64,000 nucleotides of DNA. Origin: Candidatus Oxydemutatoraceae bacterium. Its GTDB lineage: Bacteria > Pseudomonadota > Gammaproteobacteria > Poriferisulfidales > Oxydemutatoraceae. Each line of letters starts with the position of its first letter. Within the stretch, counting starts at the first letter, position 1. This document shows positions 33,809-42,424 of this stretch, piece by piece. The DNA is taken from contig OZ244717.1 in assembly GCA_965218975.1 (NCBI GenBank), forward strand, positions 800,001 to 864,000, given 5' to 3'. The notes under the pieces are model-generated. The model worked only from the letters and a program-made list of their open reading frames with translations, was not told the origin of the DNA and searched no databases. The position numbers and the translations under genes are program-made.

Positions 33809-33973
33809 ATGAAACCCCCTAAAAAGACCACCAAACCCAAACGTCCCCGTGGTCGTCCAGTGATACGAATCATCGAGAAGATTGACGCGCCACCCGAAGA
33901 GATTGTCAAAGCCGTCTTTCGGGTGGCGGACCGAAAGCAGAGTGATCGGAATAATGGTAGTCGTGGCACTTGA
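33809..33973 (+). CDS. Small basic protein with AT-hook-like KRPRGRP motif (54 aa; absent from the ORF track)
   Basis: Manual translation: MKPPKKTTKPKRPRGRPVIRIIEKIDAPPEEIVKAVFRVADRKQSDRNNGSRGT. Confidence 0.55.
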   Translation: MKPPKKTTKPKRPRGRPVIRIIEKIDAPPEEIVKAVFRVADRKQSDRNNGSRGT

Positions 33974-33977
33974 GCGT

Positions 33978-34006
33978 TTGACACATTCAAAGCGTAACTG
34001 TACTAT
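33978..34006 (+). promoter_or_regulatory. Putative sigma70 promoter for last passenger gene
   Basis: TTGACA-17 bp-TACTAT. Confidence 0.55.
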
Positions 34007-34048
34007 CATTTCTGGATGTTTCGTCAGGGGCAGCGAAAAGGAATAACA

Positions 34049-34342
34049 ATGAGCTATGTAAAGCCACAAGATGTTGTCAGTCCACAAGAGCGGTGGAAAC
34101 TTAGTCGCGTCCTCTATGACGGCGGAGAGGGTGAGTGGTCTGCCGCAACAGGGTCGTGGAAGAACGACGAGACGGGGGAGGGGAAGGTTCTGGCTATTCG
34201 CTGGAATGGAGAGGGGGAGAATGCAATAGGGCACCCACAATCGTCCGGCCATGCCGTATGGTTTATCGTTCCCGACAAATTGGCGTGCGTCTTACGAGTA
34301 GTGATTAAAGTGATTGCTCTTCTGTCGAAGCGATTAAAGTGA
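34049..34342 (+). CDS. Hypothetical protein ('gene X', IS1595 passenger)
   Basis: AAAGGA RBS before the ATG at 34049; sequence includes SP..RW..VLYDGG..W..LAIRWNG..GHP..WFIVP. Partial copies at 31031-31115 and 36333-36457. Confidence 0.7.
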   Translation: MSYVKPQDVVSPQERWKLSRVLYDGGEGEWSAATGSWKNDETGEGKVLAIRWNGEGENAIGHPQSSGHAVWFIVPDKLACVLRVVIKVIALLSKRLK

Positions 34343-34360
34343 TTGATTTTCTGTCGAAGC
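34303..34360 (+). repeat. 29-bp tandem repeat x2 just inside the IS1595 right end
   Basis: GATTAAAGTGATTGCTCTTCTGTCGAAGC followed by GATTAAAGTGATTGATTTTCTGTCGAAGC. Confidence 0.8.
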
Positions 34361-34463
34361 CGTGAAGAATTATGTCTAGAAATGTATATAATTCCCTTCT
34401 CGATCTAGCTAGCCTCTCAAGCCATCATCATGATGCGATGATGATAACACTGTAGCGAATCGG

Positions 34464-34796
34464 TCAAATATTCTTTGAGTTGAATCTGCTTAGTCTTTTG
34501 AAATTTTCCGGAATGCCGATATCCTCCCATATTCCGGTGTATTGTTCGCCGCTGACCCGATTTGTTTCAATCGCAGGTTTCAGCACCTCGGTTAGCTGAA
34601 ACGGCCGTTGCGATTGCGGTTCAAATAATGCTGCGCGGTAATAGCCGATTCCAGAGAAAGTCAAGCGCAAGTCCGAATGCGGATGATTCATACAAACGGT
34701 ACCATTTTTCAAATGAAAATCCCCCTGACGATGGTGAGGCGGATTAGGTACCAAAATCAGATACGCGAGGCATTGTTCGGGTAGAGTAATTGGTTT
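34464..34796 (-). pseudogene. Duplicated 3' fragment of murU (part of the TSD)
   Basis: Identical to the C-terminal part of the gene at 36579-37256; cut off by the IS end at 34797. Confidence 0.88.
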
Positions 34797-36332
34797 CTTG
34801 ACTTCGTAGGTTTTGACCTTTGGGCAAAAAATAAATCCTTTATTATCATAGGGTTACCCGGACGCTGCCGAAAAACCCTATTGTAGTGCCCCCAGGCTTG
34901 TTTTCACTTGGATTTAGGGTTATCATTCGGGTCTATGTACTTGCGTGAAAAATATGATCCCGAACGTGGCCGCACTCGCTTGCAGATTGTACGTTCCGTG
35001 CGCACTGCCGATGGTCCCCGTCAGCGTGTGGTGCGGCATATCGGCACTGCCGACAGTCCCGAGCAGCTTGCATCTTTGCGCAAGCTCGGCGAGGTCACCT
35101 TGGAAGAGCTGCGCCAAGCCGGTACAGCACAGCAATCGCTGTTCACACCAAAGCAGTACGCGGATCTCGCAGCTGAGGCACGGCGCGCACCGCGTTTGGC
35201 GCGCTTCGGGGTAGATCTTGCCGAATGCCGTGAGGAGATGCGGCTGATACTTGGGGTGCGCGAGGCGTTCACGCAGATTTATTCGCACTTGGGTTGGAAC
35301 CAGGTGTTGGGGCGCGGCGCACAGTAGCGAACCGCATCCTGCGCGAGCTGGTACTGGCGCGTATCGCACAGCCGCAGAGCAAGCGCGCTACGGTGTGCGA
35401 GCTCGAACGAAGCGGCGTTTCGCTCAATCTCGACCGGGTTTACCAGACTATGGATCACCTTGAGGAGGCGGTGATCGCACGCATCCGGGAACAGTCTCAT
35501 CAGGCGGCACAAAAGTTGTATGATCAGCCCCTCAAGGTGTTCTTCTTTGATTGCACGACCCTGTACTTCGAGAGCGAGCAAGAGGACCCGTTGCGCGCGA
35601 AAGGTTATAGTAAGGACGGCAAGCCGCACCGCTGCCAGGTGTTACTGGCACTGATGACGACCTGCGACGGTCTGCCGGTGGACTACGCACTGTTGCCGGG
35701 CAACACCTTTGAGGGCAAAACCTTGATGCAGGCAGTGACAAGTCTGCAACAGAGACATCCGGGTGCTGTATTTACAGTAGTGGCCGATGCGGCGCGTTGG
35801 GACGGCCTGCGCGCAATCATCGCACACGGCAACGAGGAGATGGCGCCAAAGGAATTGCTGTCGCAGTACCGTCGGTTGTGGGAAGTAGAACATTGCTTTC
35901 GCACTAACAAGCATGACCTTTGCATCCGCCCGATCTTTCACTGGAAGCCGCGGCGTATCCAGGCGCACATTGCGATCTGCTATATGGCCTTCTGCTGCTT
36001 GCAGCAGCTGCGCCGGCGGCTCAAAGCGCTAGGCTTCCCGATGAGCGCGGAGCGGGTCCGGCGCGAGCTCGACACCTTGCAGTTGAGCATCTTGGCACAT
36101 ACCGACACACAGAAGCGGTATGCGATGCCGAGCCGCGCGAGCGCAGACGCCAACAGGATCTACCGTAGTGTCGGCCTGAAATGGAACGAAGCTCCGTTCC
36201 CGCTTCCCGACAAGTCACGCCCTGGGGGAAGCTGAGCGCGGAGGGCTACAAACAACACCGTAATGTAGTGCCCTTGAGAATCCTGAAGGCAATAATATCA
36301 ATCACTTACGAGACAAAACCTACGAAGTCAAG
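34797..36332 (+). mobile_element. IS1634-family insertion sequence (defective)
   Basis: 19-bp perfect TIRs CTTGACTTCGTAGGTTTTG / CAAAACCTACGAAGTCAAG, IS1634-type transposase, long flanking duplication. Confidence 0.9.
34935..36235 (+). pseudogene. IS1634-family transposase, frameshifted and probably internally deleted
   Basis: FFDCTTLYFE, GYSKDGK, PGNTFE, VVADA, YRRLWEVEHCFR..K, IRPIFHW. Frameshift at the G-run ~35309-35312. VVADA runs directly into ARWDG, where a long region is expected. Confidence 0.85.
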
Positions 36333-36578
36333 AGAATCCGCTTGGTCATCCAATTTCCCGCTCTCGTCCCGTATGGTTTATCGTTCCCGACAAATTGGCG
36401 TGCGTCTTACGAGTAGTGATTAAAGTGATTGCTCTTCTGTCGAAGCGATTAAAGTGATTGATTTTCTGTCGAAGCCGTGAAGAATTATGTCTAGAAATGT
36501 ATATAATTCCCTTCTCGATCTAGCTAGCCTCTCAAGCCATCATCATGATGCGATGATGATAACACTGTAGCGAATCGG

Positions 36579-37256
36579 TCAAATATTCTTTGAGTTGAAT
36601 CTGCTTAGTCTTTTGAAATTTTCCGGAATGCCGATATCCTCCCATATTCCGGTGTATTGTTCGCCGCTGACCCGATTTGTTTCAATCGCAGGTTTCAGCA
36701 CCTCGGTTAGCTGAAACGGCCGTTGCGATTGCGGTTCAAATAATGCTGCGCGGTAATAGCCGATTCCAGAGAAAGTCAAGCGCAAGTCCGAATGCGGATG
36801 ATTCATACAAACGGTACCATTTTTCAAATGAAAATCCCCCTGACGATGGTGAGGCGGATTAGGTACCAAAATCAGATACGCGAGGCATTGTTCGGGTAGA
36901 GTAATTGGTTTGGGTTGCCAATCCGTATAAATGTCGCTGTTTATTACCAGCCATGGACTATCGCCGAGCAAAGGCAGCGCTTTGCGAATTCCGCCACCGG
37001 TTCCCAGTCGTTGATCCCCTTCATCCGACCAGCGGATACGTACACCATAACGATTGCCGTCGCCTAAATCATTCATAATTTTTGTGCGCAAATGAGAAAC
37101 ATTGATTACAATCTCATTGAATTGGGCTTGTTTAAGTCGTCGGATATGTCTTCCAATTAAAGTTTCCCCACCGATTTTTAACAGAGGTTTGGGCGTGGTA
37201 TCAGTCAAAGGTCTGAGCCGTTCGCCGCGTCCGGCAGACAGAATCATCGCTTTCAT
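36579..37256 (-). CDS. murU: N-acetylmuramate alpha-1-phosphate uridylyltransferase
   Basis: MKAMILSAGRGERLRPLTDTTPKPLL, GTGGGI, VPNPPHHRQGDF; downstream of amgK. Start set at the ATG at 37256. Confidence 0.88.
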   Translation of the reverse strand: MKAMILSAGRGERLRPLTDTTPKPLLKIGGETLIGRHIRRLKQAQFNEIVINVSHLRTKIMNDLGDGNRYGVRIRWSDEGDQRLGTGGGIRKALPLLGDSPWLVINSDIYTDWQPKPITLPEQCLAYLILVPNPPHHRQGDFHLKNGTVCMNHPHSDLRLTFSGIGYYRAALFEPQSQRPFQLTEVLKPAIETNRVSGEQYTGIWEDIGIPENFKRLSRFNSKNI

Positions 37257-38227
37257 TTCTTGCTTGGCAGCTGACGTATCAATTCGCATACATCCGCAAA
37301 TTCCGGATCATGCTTCAAACCATCAGTAATGTAGCGGAGAGTGTGTGGAATGTCTTTTAAATAACCGGCTTTATTGTCACGATGATATAAACGCGCAAAA
37401 ATGCCGCTTGCTTTGAAATGCCTTTGTGCCCCCATTAAGTTGAAGCGATGCTTGAAAGTTTCAGAGGTGAAATTACTTGTTGAATAATTGGGCGATCGTT
37501 CCTGAAAATAGCTAACCCATCCGTCAATCTTATCTGGCGACCAAGCAATGTAGCAATCTTTGAGTAGCGATACCAAATCATACGTTATCGGGCCGGCCAC
37601 TGCATCTTGGTAATCTAGTACGCCAATTGTATCTTCTGCTTCAATCAGCAGTAAGTTACGCGAATGATAGTCGCGATGAATAAATACCGCAGGTTGTGTC
37701 GCCGCATTTTCCGCAAGTTTTTTGAATGCGGTTTCAAAGATCCGCCGGTGACGTGTTCCCAATTCGATTCTCAGATGTTTAGCGCAATACCATTGCGGAA
37801 ATAAACGCATTTCATCCATTAACGAGGTCTCGTCAAATAGCGGCAGCCCGTTAAAGTCTGCGGTTTGAATTTTCAGCAACGCATCAATTGCTTTACGATA
37901 AAGCCGGTCGGCATTTTTTTCGTTTAAGCAATTTAAGAATAGTGTGTCGCCGAGGTCATCTAGTAATAAAAAACCACATTGAATGTTTTGTGAATGAATA
38001 GCCGGGACACGAACGCCGGCTTGCATCAGACGCTGCGTAACATCAATAAAACCGGTGCAGTCTTCTTTCGCCGGCGGAGCGTCCATTAGAATATAGCATC
38101 CTGCGTCGCAGACAATTCTGAAGTAACGTCTGAAACTTGCATCATTCGTTAAAGGAACAAATTCATGCAGCGAGTGTCCGAGTGTTCCTGTAAGCCAACG
38201 CTTTGCCAATTCTTCTCTATTTTGCAT
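37253..38227 (-). CDS. amgK: Anomeric MurNAc/GlcNAc kinase (APH family)
   Basis: DASFRRYFR, MDAPP, HRDYHSRNL, DYQDAVAGP, YDLVSLLKDCY; paired with murU. Confidence 0.88.
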   Translation of the reverse strand: MQNREELAKRWLTGTLGHSLHEFVPLTNDASFRRYFRIVCDAGCYILMDAPPAKEDCTGFIDVTQRLMQAGVRVPAIHSQNIQCGFLLLDDLGDTLFLNCLNEKNADRLYRKAIDALLKIQTADFNGLPLFDETSLMDEMRLFPQWYCAKHLRIELGTRHRRIFETAFKKLAENAATQPAVFIHRDYHSRNLLLIEAEDTIGVLDYQDAVAGPITYDLVSLLKDCYIAWSPDKIDGWVSYFQERSPNYSTSNFTSETFKHRFNLMGAQRHFKASGIFARLYHRDNKAGYLKDIPHTLRYITDGLKHDPEFADVCELIRQLPSKK

Positions 38228-38265
38228 AAAAGGCTGTTCCGGTTCAAAAACGATAGTATTATAGT

Positions 38266-40062
38266 GTGCGGATTGAACGATTTATTGTGATAGATTTTCA
38301 AATCAACGTAGAAAGTAGCGATACTTTACATTCTCTTTTCCAAAAACGTGTCAAAAAATCTCCTGACGCTCCGGCTTACTGTCAGTTTAATCCGTCTTCA
38401 GACATGTGGAAAACCTACACTTGGCACGAGTGTTCCGAGCAAGTCGCGCGGTATCGGCAGGCAATGCTGAGAGAAGGTTTAACCGCTGGTGATCGAGTTG
38501 CAATGATGTTGCACAATTGTATCGAATGGGTAGTTTTTGATCAGGCGGCGTTGAGTTTGGGCCTAGTAACTGTTCCTCTGTTTAGCGAAGATAATGCGAA
38601 TAGCTGTGCTTATATTCTGCGCGATGCCGGGGTACGTTTATTATTGGTTGGGAATCAACGTCAGTTAGAGAAAATTCAATCGCAAAGGGAATTTGCGACA
38701 GACTTAAGTAGAGTGGTTTGCTGCGAGACTTTGACGACTTGCGGGAATAGCAGTGTCGTATGTCTTGCCGATTGGCTCGCTGCATCCGATGTCCGAGCAA
38801 GCGAAGCCGACTGTTTTACAGGAGAAGAAACTTCTGCAATATCTGCCGACACATTGGCGACATTGGTTTATACATCGGGCACCACCGGACAGCCTAAAGG
38901 CGTGATACTTACGCACAAAAATATTGTTTCAAATGTTCGATTCGTCAGCCGAATATTTGATTTTCACTCGGATGATCTGTTTCTTTCTTTTTTGCCTTTG
39001 TCGCACATTTTTGAACGAGTTGCGGGTTATTACATGACGATGTTGTTCGGTTCTCGCGTTGTTTTTGTGCGGTCGATTGCCAAGCTGCAGGAAGATCTTT
39101 GCCGGCATCGTCCCACAGTATTGTTATCGGTGCCAAGAATTTACGAACGCATCCATACAAAATTACGACAGAAGTTTTCGTTACCACCCCTGCGTTTATT
39201 GTTACGGTTATGCGTCGCAATCGGTTATAGACGTTATCGGCGCATGCAAATAGGGAAGCCGATATATTGGTTAAAACCGGCATGGTGGGTTTGCGATAAA
39301 ATTGTTGCCGAAAAAATACGTGCAATCCTTGGTGGCAGAATTCGTTGCGCCGTCGTGGGGGGAGCGCCGATGCCGGCGGAAATTGCGCACATCTTTCTTG
39401 CTTGCGGTGTTCCGATTTATCAAGGGTACGGTTTGACCGAAGCGTCGCCGGTGGTTGCCGTCAACCGACCGCAGAACAATTTACCTGAGAGCATCGGTCC
39501 TCCTATCCCCGAGATAGAAGTTCGGATAGATGAGCGGCATGAATTGCTGACACGTAGTGATTGTGTGATGCAAGGGTATTGGGGTTTGCCCGAGGCGAGC
39601 AAGCAGGCAATTGATAAACATGGGTGGTTGCACACAGGCGATATGGCAAGTATGGATCAAGAAAAAAGGCTGTTTATTACCGGACGGATTAAAGAAATTA
39701 TTGTGATGAGCAATGGTGAGAAAGTGCCGCCGGTAGATATCGAGATGGCAATTACATCGGCAGGACTGGTTTCGCAGGCGATGGTTTATGGAGAAGGTCG
39801 CCCTTTTTTAATTGCTTTGGTAGTGCCGGTCGAGGAAATGATAGGATATGAGGATACGGTGACACTCAGTGCGGCACTGAGAAAAGCAATCGCAAAAGAG
39901 TTAAAAAATTTCCCCGTGTATGCGCGTATTCGCCGTGTACTGATTGTGCAAGCGCCTTGGACAGTTGAAAATGGCATGTTAACACCGACTTTGAAATTAA
40001 AGCGCGCATCAATTATTGCCGCGCACCAAAATGAGATCGAAGCGGTTTATCGTGCGTTTTAG
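38266..40062 (+). CDS. Long-chain-fatty-acid--CoA ligase (AMP-dependent synthetase)
   Basis: YTSGTTGQPKG, GYGLTE, WLHTGD, LTPTLKLKR. Confidence 0.9.
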   Translation: MRIERFIVIDFQINVESSDTLHSLFQKRVKKSPDAPAYCQFNPSSDMWKTYTWHECSEQVARYRQAMLREGLTAGDRVAMMLHNCIEWVVFDQAALSLGLVTVPLFSEDNANSCAYILRDAGVRLLLVGNQRQLEKIQSQREFATDLSRVVCCETLTTCGNSSVVCLADWLAASDVRASEADCFTGEETSAISADTLATLVYTSGTTGQPKGVILTHKNIVSNVRFVSRIFDFHSDDLFLSFLPLSHIFERVAGYYMTMLFGSRVVFVRSIAKLQEDLCRHRPTVLLSVPRIYERIHTKLRQKFSLPPLRLLLRLCVAIGYRRYRRMQIGKPIYWLKPAWWVCDKIVAEKIRAILGGRIRCAVVGGAPMPAEIAHIFLACGVPIYQGYGLTEASPVVAVNRPQNNLPESIGPPIPEIEVRIDERHELLTRSDCVMQGYWGLPEASKQAIDKHGWLHTGDMASMDQEKRLFITGRIKEIIVMSNGEKVPPVDIEMAITSAGLVSQAMVYGEGRPFLIALVVPVEEMIGYEDTVTLSAALRKAIAKELKNFPVYARIRRVLIVQAPWTVENGMLTPTLKLKRASIIAAHQNEIEAVYRAF

Positions 40063-40098
40063 GTTATCGCCCCGGCATATTACAAGTACAATAATGCG

Positions 40099-40776
40099 AT
40101 GAAACACAAAGGTTGCTTTTTTGCCGGCGTTGCTTACTTTTCATTGGTAAGTTTGATTCCGGTCGTATCGGCGACTCAAGACAGTCCGCATCCGGTCTTC
40201 GACGTTACCGAAGAAAAGTATCGTGCGCCGATTGATTTGACATCGGAATCTCTTGAAGATTTGCTCGCATTAAAAGAGTTTTATTTACGCGAAATGAAAA
40301 TTTTGATGCAGGCGGTGGAAACTAAAACCGATCAAAAAAAATTATTTGATGCGTTACTCGAATATGATCTCAAGCGGTTAGAGATTATTCAGGTCATTCC
40401 GAAAATTGTCCGAGTCTATGGCATCCGCGGCGAGCTAATGCAAAGTTTGTTCAAATACCGTGAAACCATTCAGCATATATATGATGATTATCATCCGCAG
40501 CTAGAGACACTTGAGGATTACAAAGCATACGATTTTCGTATAGGTATGGCGTATGCGTCGATGTTTGCAACGATTATGAACACCGATCATGAGCTGTATC
40601 AACGACTACGTAATGATATGACAAACAAAACGACAACTATCGGCGACTATGTAGAAAGTTTGGATCAATCATATATTAACGTTGAAAGGGTTAACTCCGA
40701 AGTCAGGGAATTTCATCTAGTGCGGCAAATTGACAAAGAATTGGAGCGAATTAATCAGGAAATAGAAGAGCGTTAA
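40099..40776 (+). CDS. Hypothetical exported helical protein
   Basis: 225-aa ORF with an N-terminal signal-peptide-like segment (..PVVSA-TQ); no motif recognised. Confidence 0.65.
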   Translation: MKHKGCFFAGVAYFSLVSLIPVVSATQDSPHPVFDVTEEKYRAPIDLTSESLEDLLALKEFYLREMKILMQAVETKTDQKKLFDALLEYDLKRLEIIQVIPKIVRVYGIRGELMQSLFKYRETIQHIYDDYHPQLETLEDYKAYDFRIGMAYASMFATIMNTDHELYQRLRNDMTNKTTTIGDYVESLDQSYINVERVNSEVREFHLVRQIDKELERINQEIEER

Positions 40777-40871
40777 TGTTTTATTTTGTAAGCGCTGCCG
40801 AACAAGTTTAAGGATATTTTCGATATCGATATCCGATCATTCGCAACAAGTAATTTTCTTTTCCGAAGCAA

Positions 40872-40998
40872 CAGCGGTCGCTTGAATCAAGCGGTCGGTG
40901 TGCCGTTGCAGGCATTTCTTGTATTGTCTCCTATTCTTTGTATTTTCTTTGTGAAAATTTAACCTGTCCAACCTAATTCGGTGGCGATGTAATTAATT
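40872..40998 (+). repeat. Degenerate long direct repeat (TSD), left copy; right copy at 58784-58941
   Basis: CAGCGGTCGCTTGAATCA...AATTAATT on both flanks. The left copy lacks 31 bp and has several substitutions; it includes the last 40 nt of ppc (40959-40998). Confidence 0.85.
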
Positions 40999-41111
40999 CT
41001 TGACTTCGTAGGTTTTGGCTCGTAAGTGATTGCCCATGAGTGATTGTGCCAATTGCCCTCAGGATTCTTAGGGGCATTACATTGACAGTGTTGCTTGCGA
41101 CGCTCCCGTGC

Positions 41112-41275
41112 TCAGCTTCCTCCAGGACGTGACTTGCTCGGAAGCGGGAACGGAGCTTCGTCCCATTTCAGACTGACGCTACGGTAAATCCTGTTGGCGT
41201 CCGCGCTCGCGCGGCTCGGCATCGCATACCGCTCGAGCATGTCGGTACGTACCAAGATGCTCAACTGCAAGGCGT
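41112..41275 (-). pseudogene. 3' remnant of IS1634-family transposase
   Basis: LQLSILVRTDMLERYAMPSRASADANRIYRSVSLKWDEAPFPLPSKSRPGGS matches the C-terminus of the ORF ending at 36235. Confidence 0.88.
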
Positions 41276-41630
41276 TGTATAGTGCCGGATACATATGGGA
41301 CTCACGGCACGATTCAAAAAGGTGACCGATATGCAATATCAACACATCAGCCACCGCATCAAAGGTTTCTATATGAGCCAATTTAGCTTCAAGAATGGAG
41401 GCTCATGAGCGCTCTAATCTTCAACAGAAATATGCTGCCCTCATTTATGGGAGGGTGTAACCCCCGAACGCATTCAAGCTCGGTCGCAGTACTTTGTACC
41501 GCTAGCGCCGACGTTATCGCCGCATTGGACTCAGTGCATTGCATGACCGCACCAAAGCGCCGTGCAAGAGGCGTCGGCGGGTCTGGCCGCAACCGATTCA
41601 GTGTGAAACCGTTTTGCGCTTGTTGCCGTG

Positions 41631-41680
41631 TTGTCGGCGGATTGTGCCGGATTGTCGGCGGATTGTGCCGGATTGTCGGC
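41631..41680 (+). repeat. 21-bp tandem repeat (TTGTCGGCGGATTGTGCCGGA) x~2.4
   Basis: Read directly from the sequence. Confidence 0.8.
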
Positions 41681-41690
41681 AAAGTGCCTG

Positions 41691-41991
41691 TCACCCATGA
41701 CGCGACTGGGTTCTGTCAACAAGCCCCAGCCCCGACGTCCTTGTCGGGTCGTTCACTGCTGAAAACCAATCGGTTTTCCGGGCGCGTCTCACCCATGACG
41801 CGACTGAGTTCTGTCAATGAGCGCCAGCCCCGACATCCTTGTCGAGCCGTTCACCGCTGAAAACCAATTGGTTTTCCGGGCGCGTCTCACCCATGATGAG
41901 ACTTGGTTCTGTCAATGAGCGCCAGCCCCGACGTCCTTGTCGAGTCGTTCACCGCTGAAAACCAATTGGTTTTCAGCGGTGCATCTCACCC
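41691..41991 (+). repeat. 98-bp tandem repeat x3, each unit with a GAAAACCAAT(T/C)GGTTTTC palindrome
   Basis: Units start at 41691, 41789 and 41887; the right-hand element has only one unit. Confidence 0.88.
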
Positions 41992-42424
41992 TGCACCGCC
42001 CTCATGCCGGCAACGGACAGAATGCACCGGTCCGAATGTTGCTGCCGAATGCTTCCCCGGAAGCTCTTCAAGAATCCCATTTAGGGTGGTATCGTACATC
42101 TTGTTGACTGACATTAAACACATGTGCTAAAGTCTGTAAAATAATTCGGATTCATAAACATTACTCATACTCATGCGAAAGCAAGGCCGATCGCACACAA
42201 AATTAAATTTGCGAACGAAATATTGGGTTCAATACCGGTGGTTCAATACCGGTGCTGATTTTTCAACATGAATGTAAGCGTGAACATAATGCCGTATATA
42301 ATGACAGTCGGCGGTGCCGAGAGTCGTTTGCAGAATGAGCGACTGCGAATGTTTTACTGCGCAAACGTCAAGCGGGCCCTTGAGCGTATTTTCGGCTTGG
42401 CGGGCATTGCGGTTTATTGACAAG

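Larger units (their letters stand above)
27548..34396 (+). mobile_element. IS1595-family transporter element (6,849 bp) carrying R-M cargo
   Basis: Left TIR GGGAATTATATACATTCCTAGACA (27548-27571) and right TIR TGTCTAGAAATGTATATAATTCCC (34373-34396) match 23/24. 8-bp direct repeat TTCTCGAT at 27540-27547 and 34397-34404. Internal IS1595 transposase genes. Confidence 0.92.
34218..34796 (+). repeat. Long target-site duplication of the IS1634 element (copy 2 at 36333-36911)
   Basis: 34254-34796 appears identical to 36369-36911 (offset 2115). 34218-34253 aligns codon-for-codon with 36333-36368 but is diverged. Confidence 0.9.
41276..42098 (+). mobile_element. Non-coding TGT...ACA element (MITE-like), left copy
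   Basis: Begins TGTATAGTGCCG and ends GGTATCGTACA. Homologous in inverted orientation to 58146-58687; contains internal tandem repeats. Confidence 0.65.

Noticed and set aside
41691-41991. Possible CRISPR array
   Set aside because: Whole 98-bp units repeat with no unique spacers, and there are no cas genes in the window.
41389-42130. ORFs inside the TGT...ACA elements (also 58066-58567)
   Set aside because: Starts, stops and frames are not conserved between the two copies; the similarity is explained at the DNA level.
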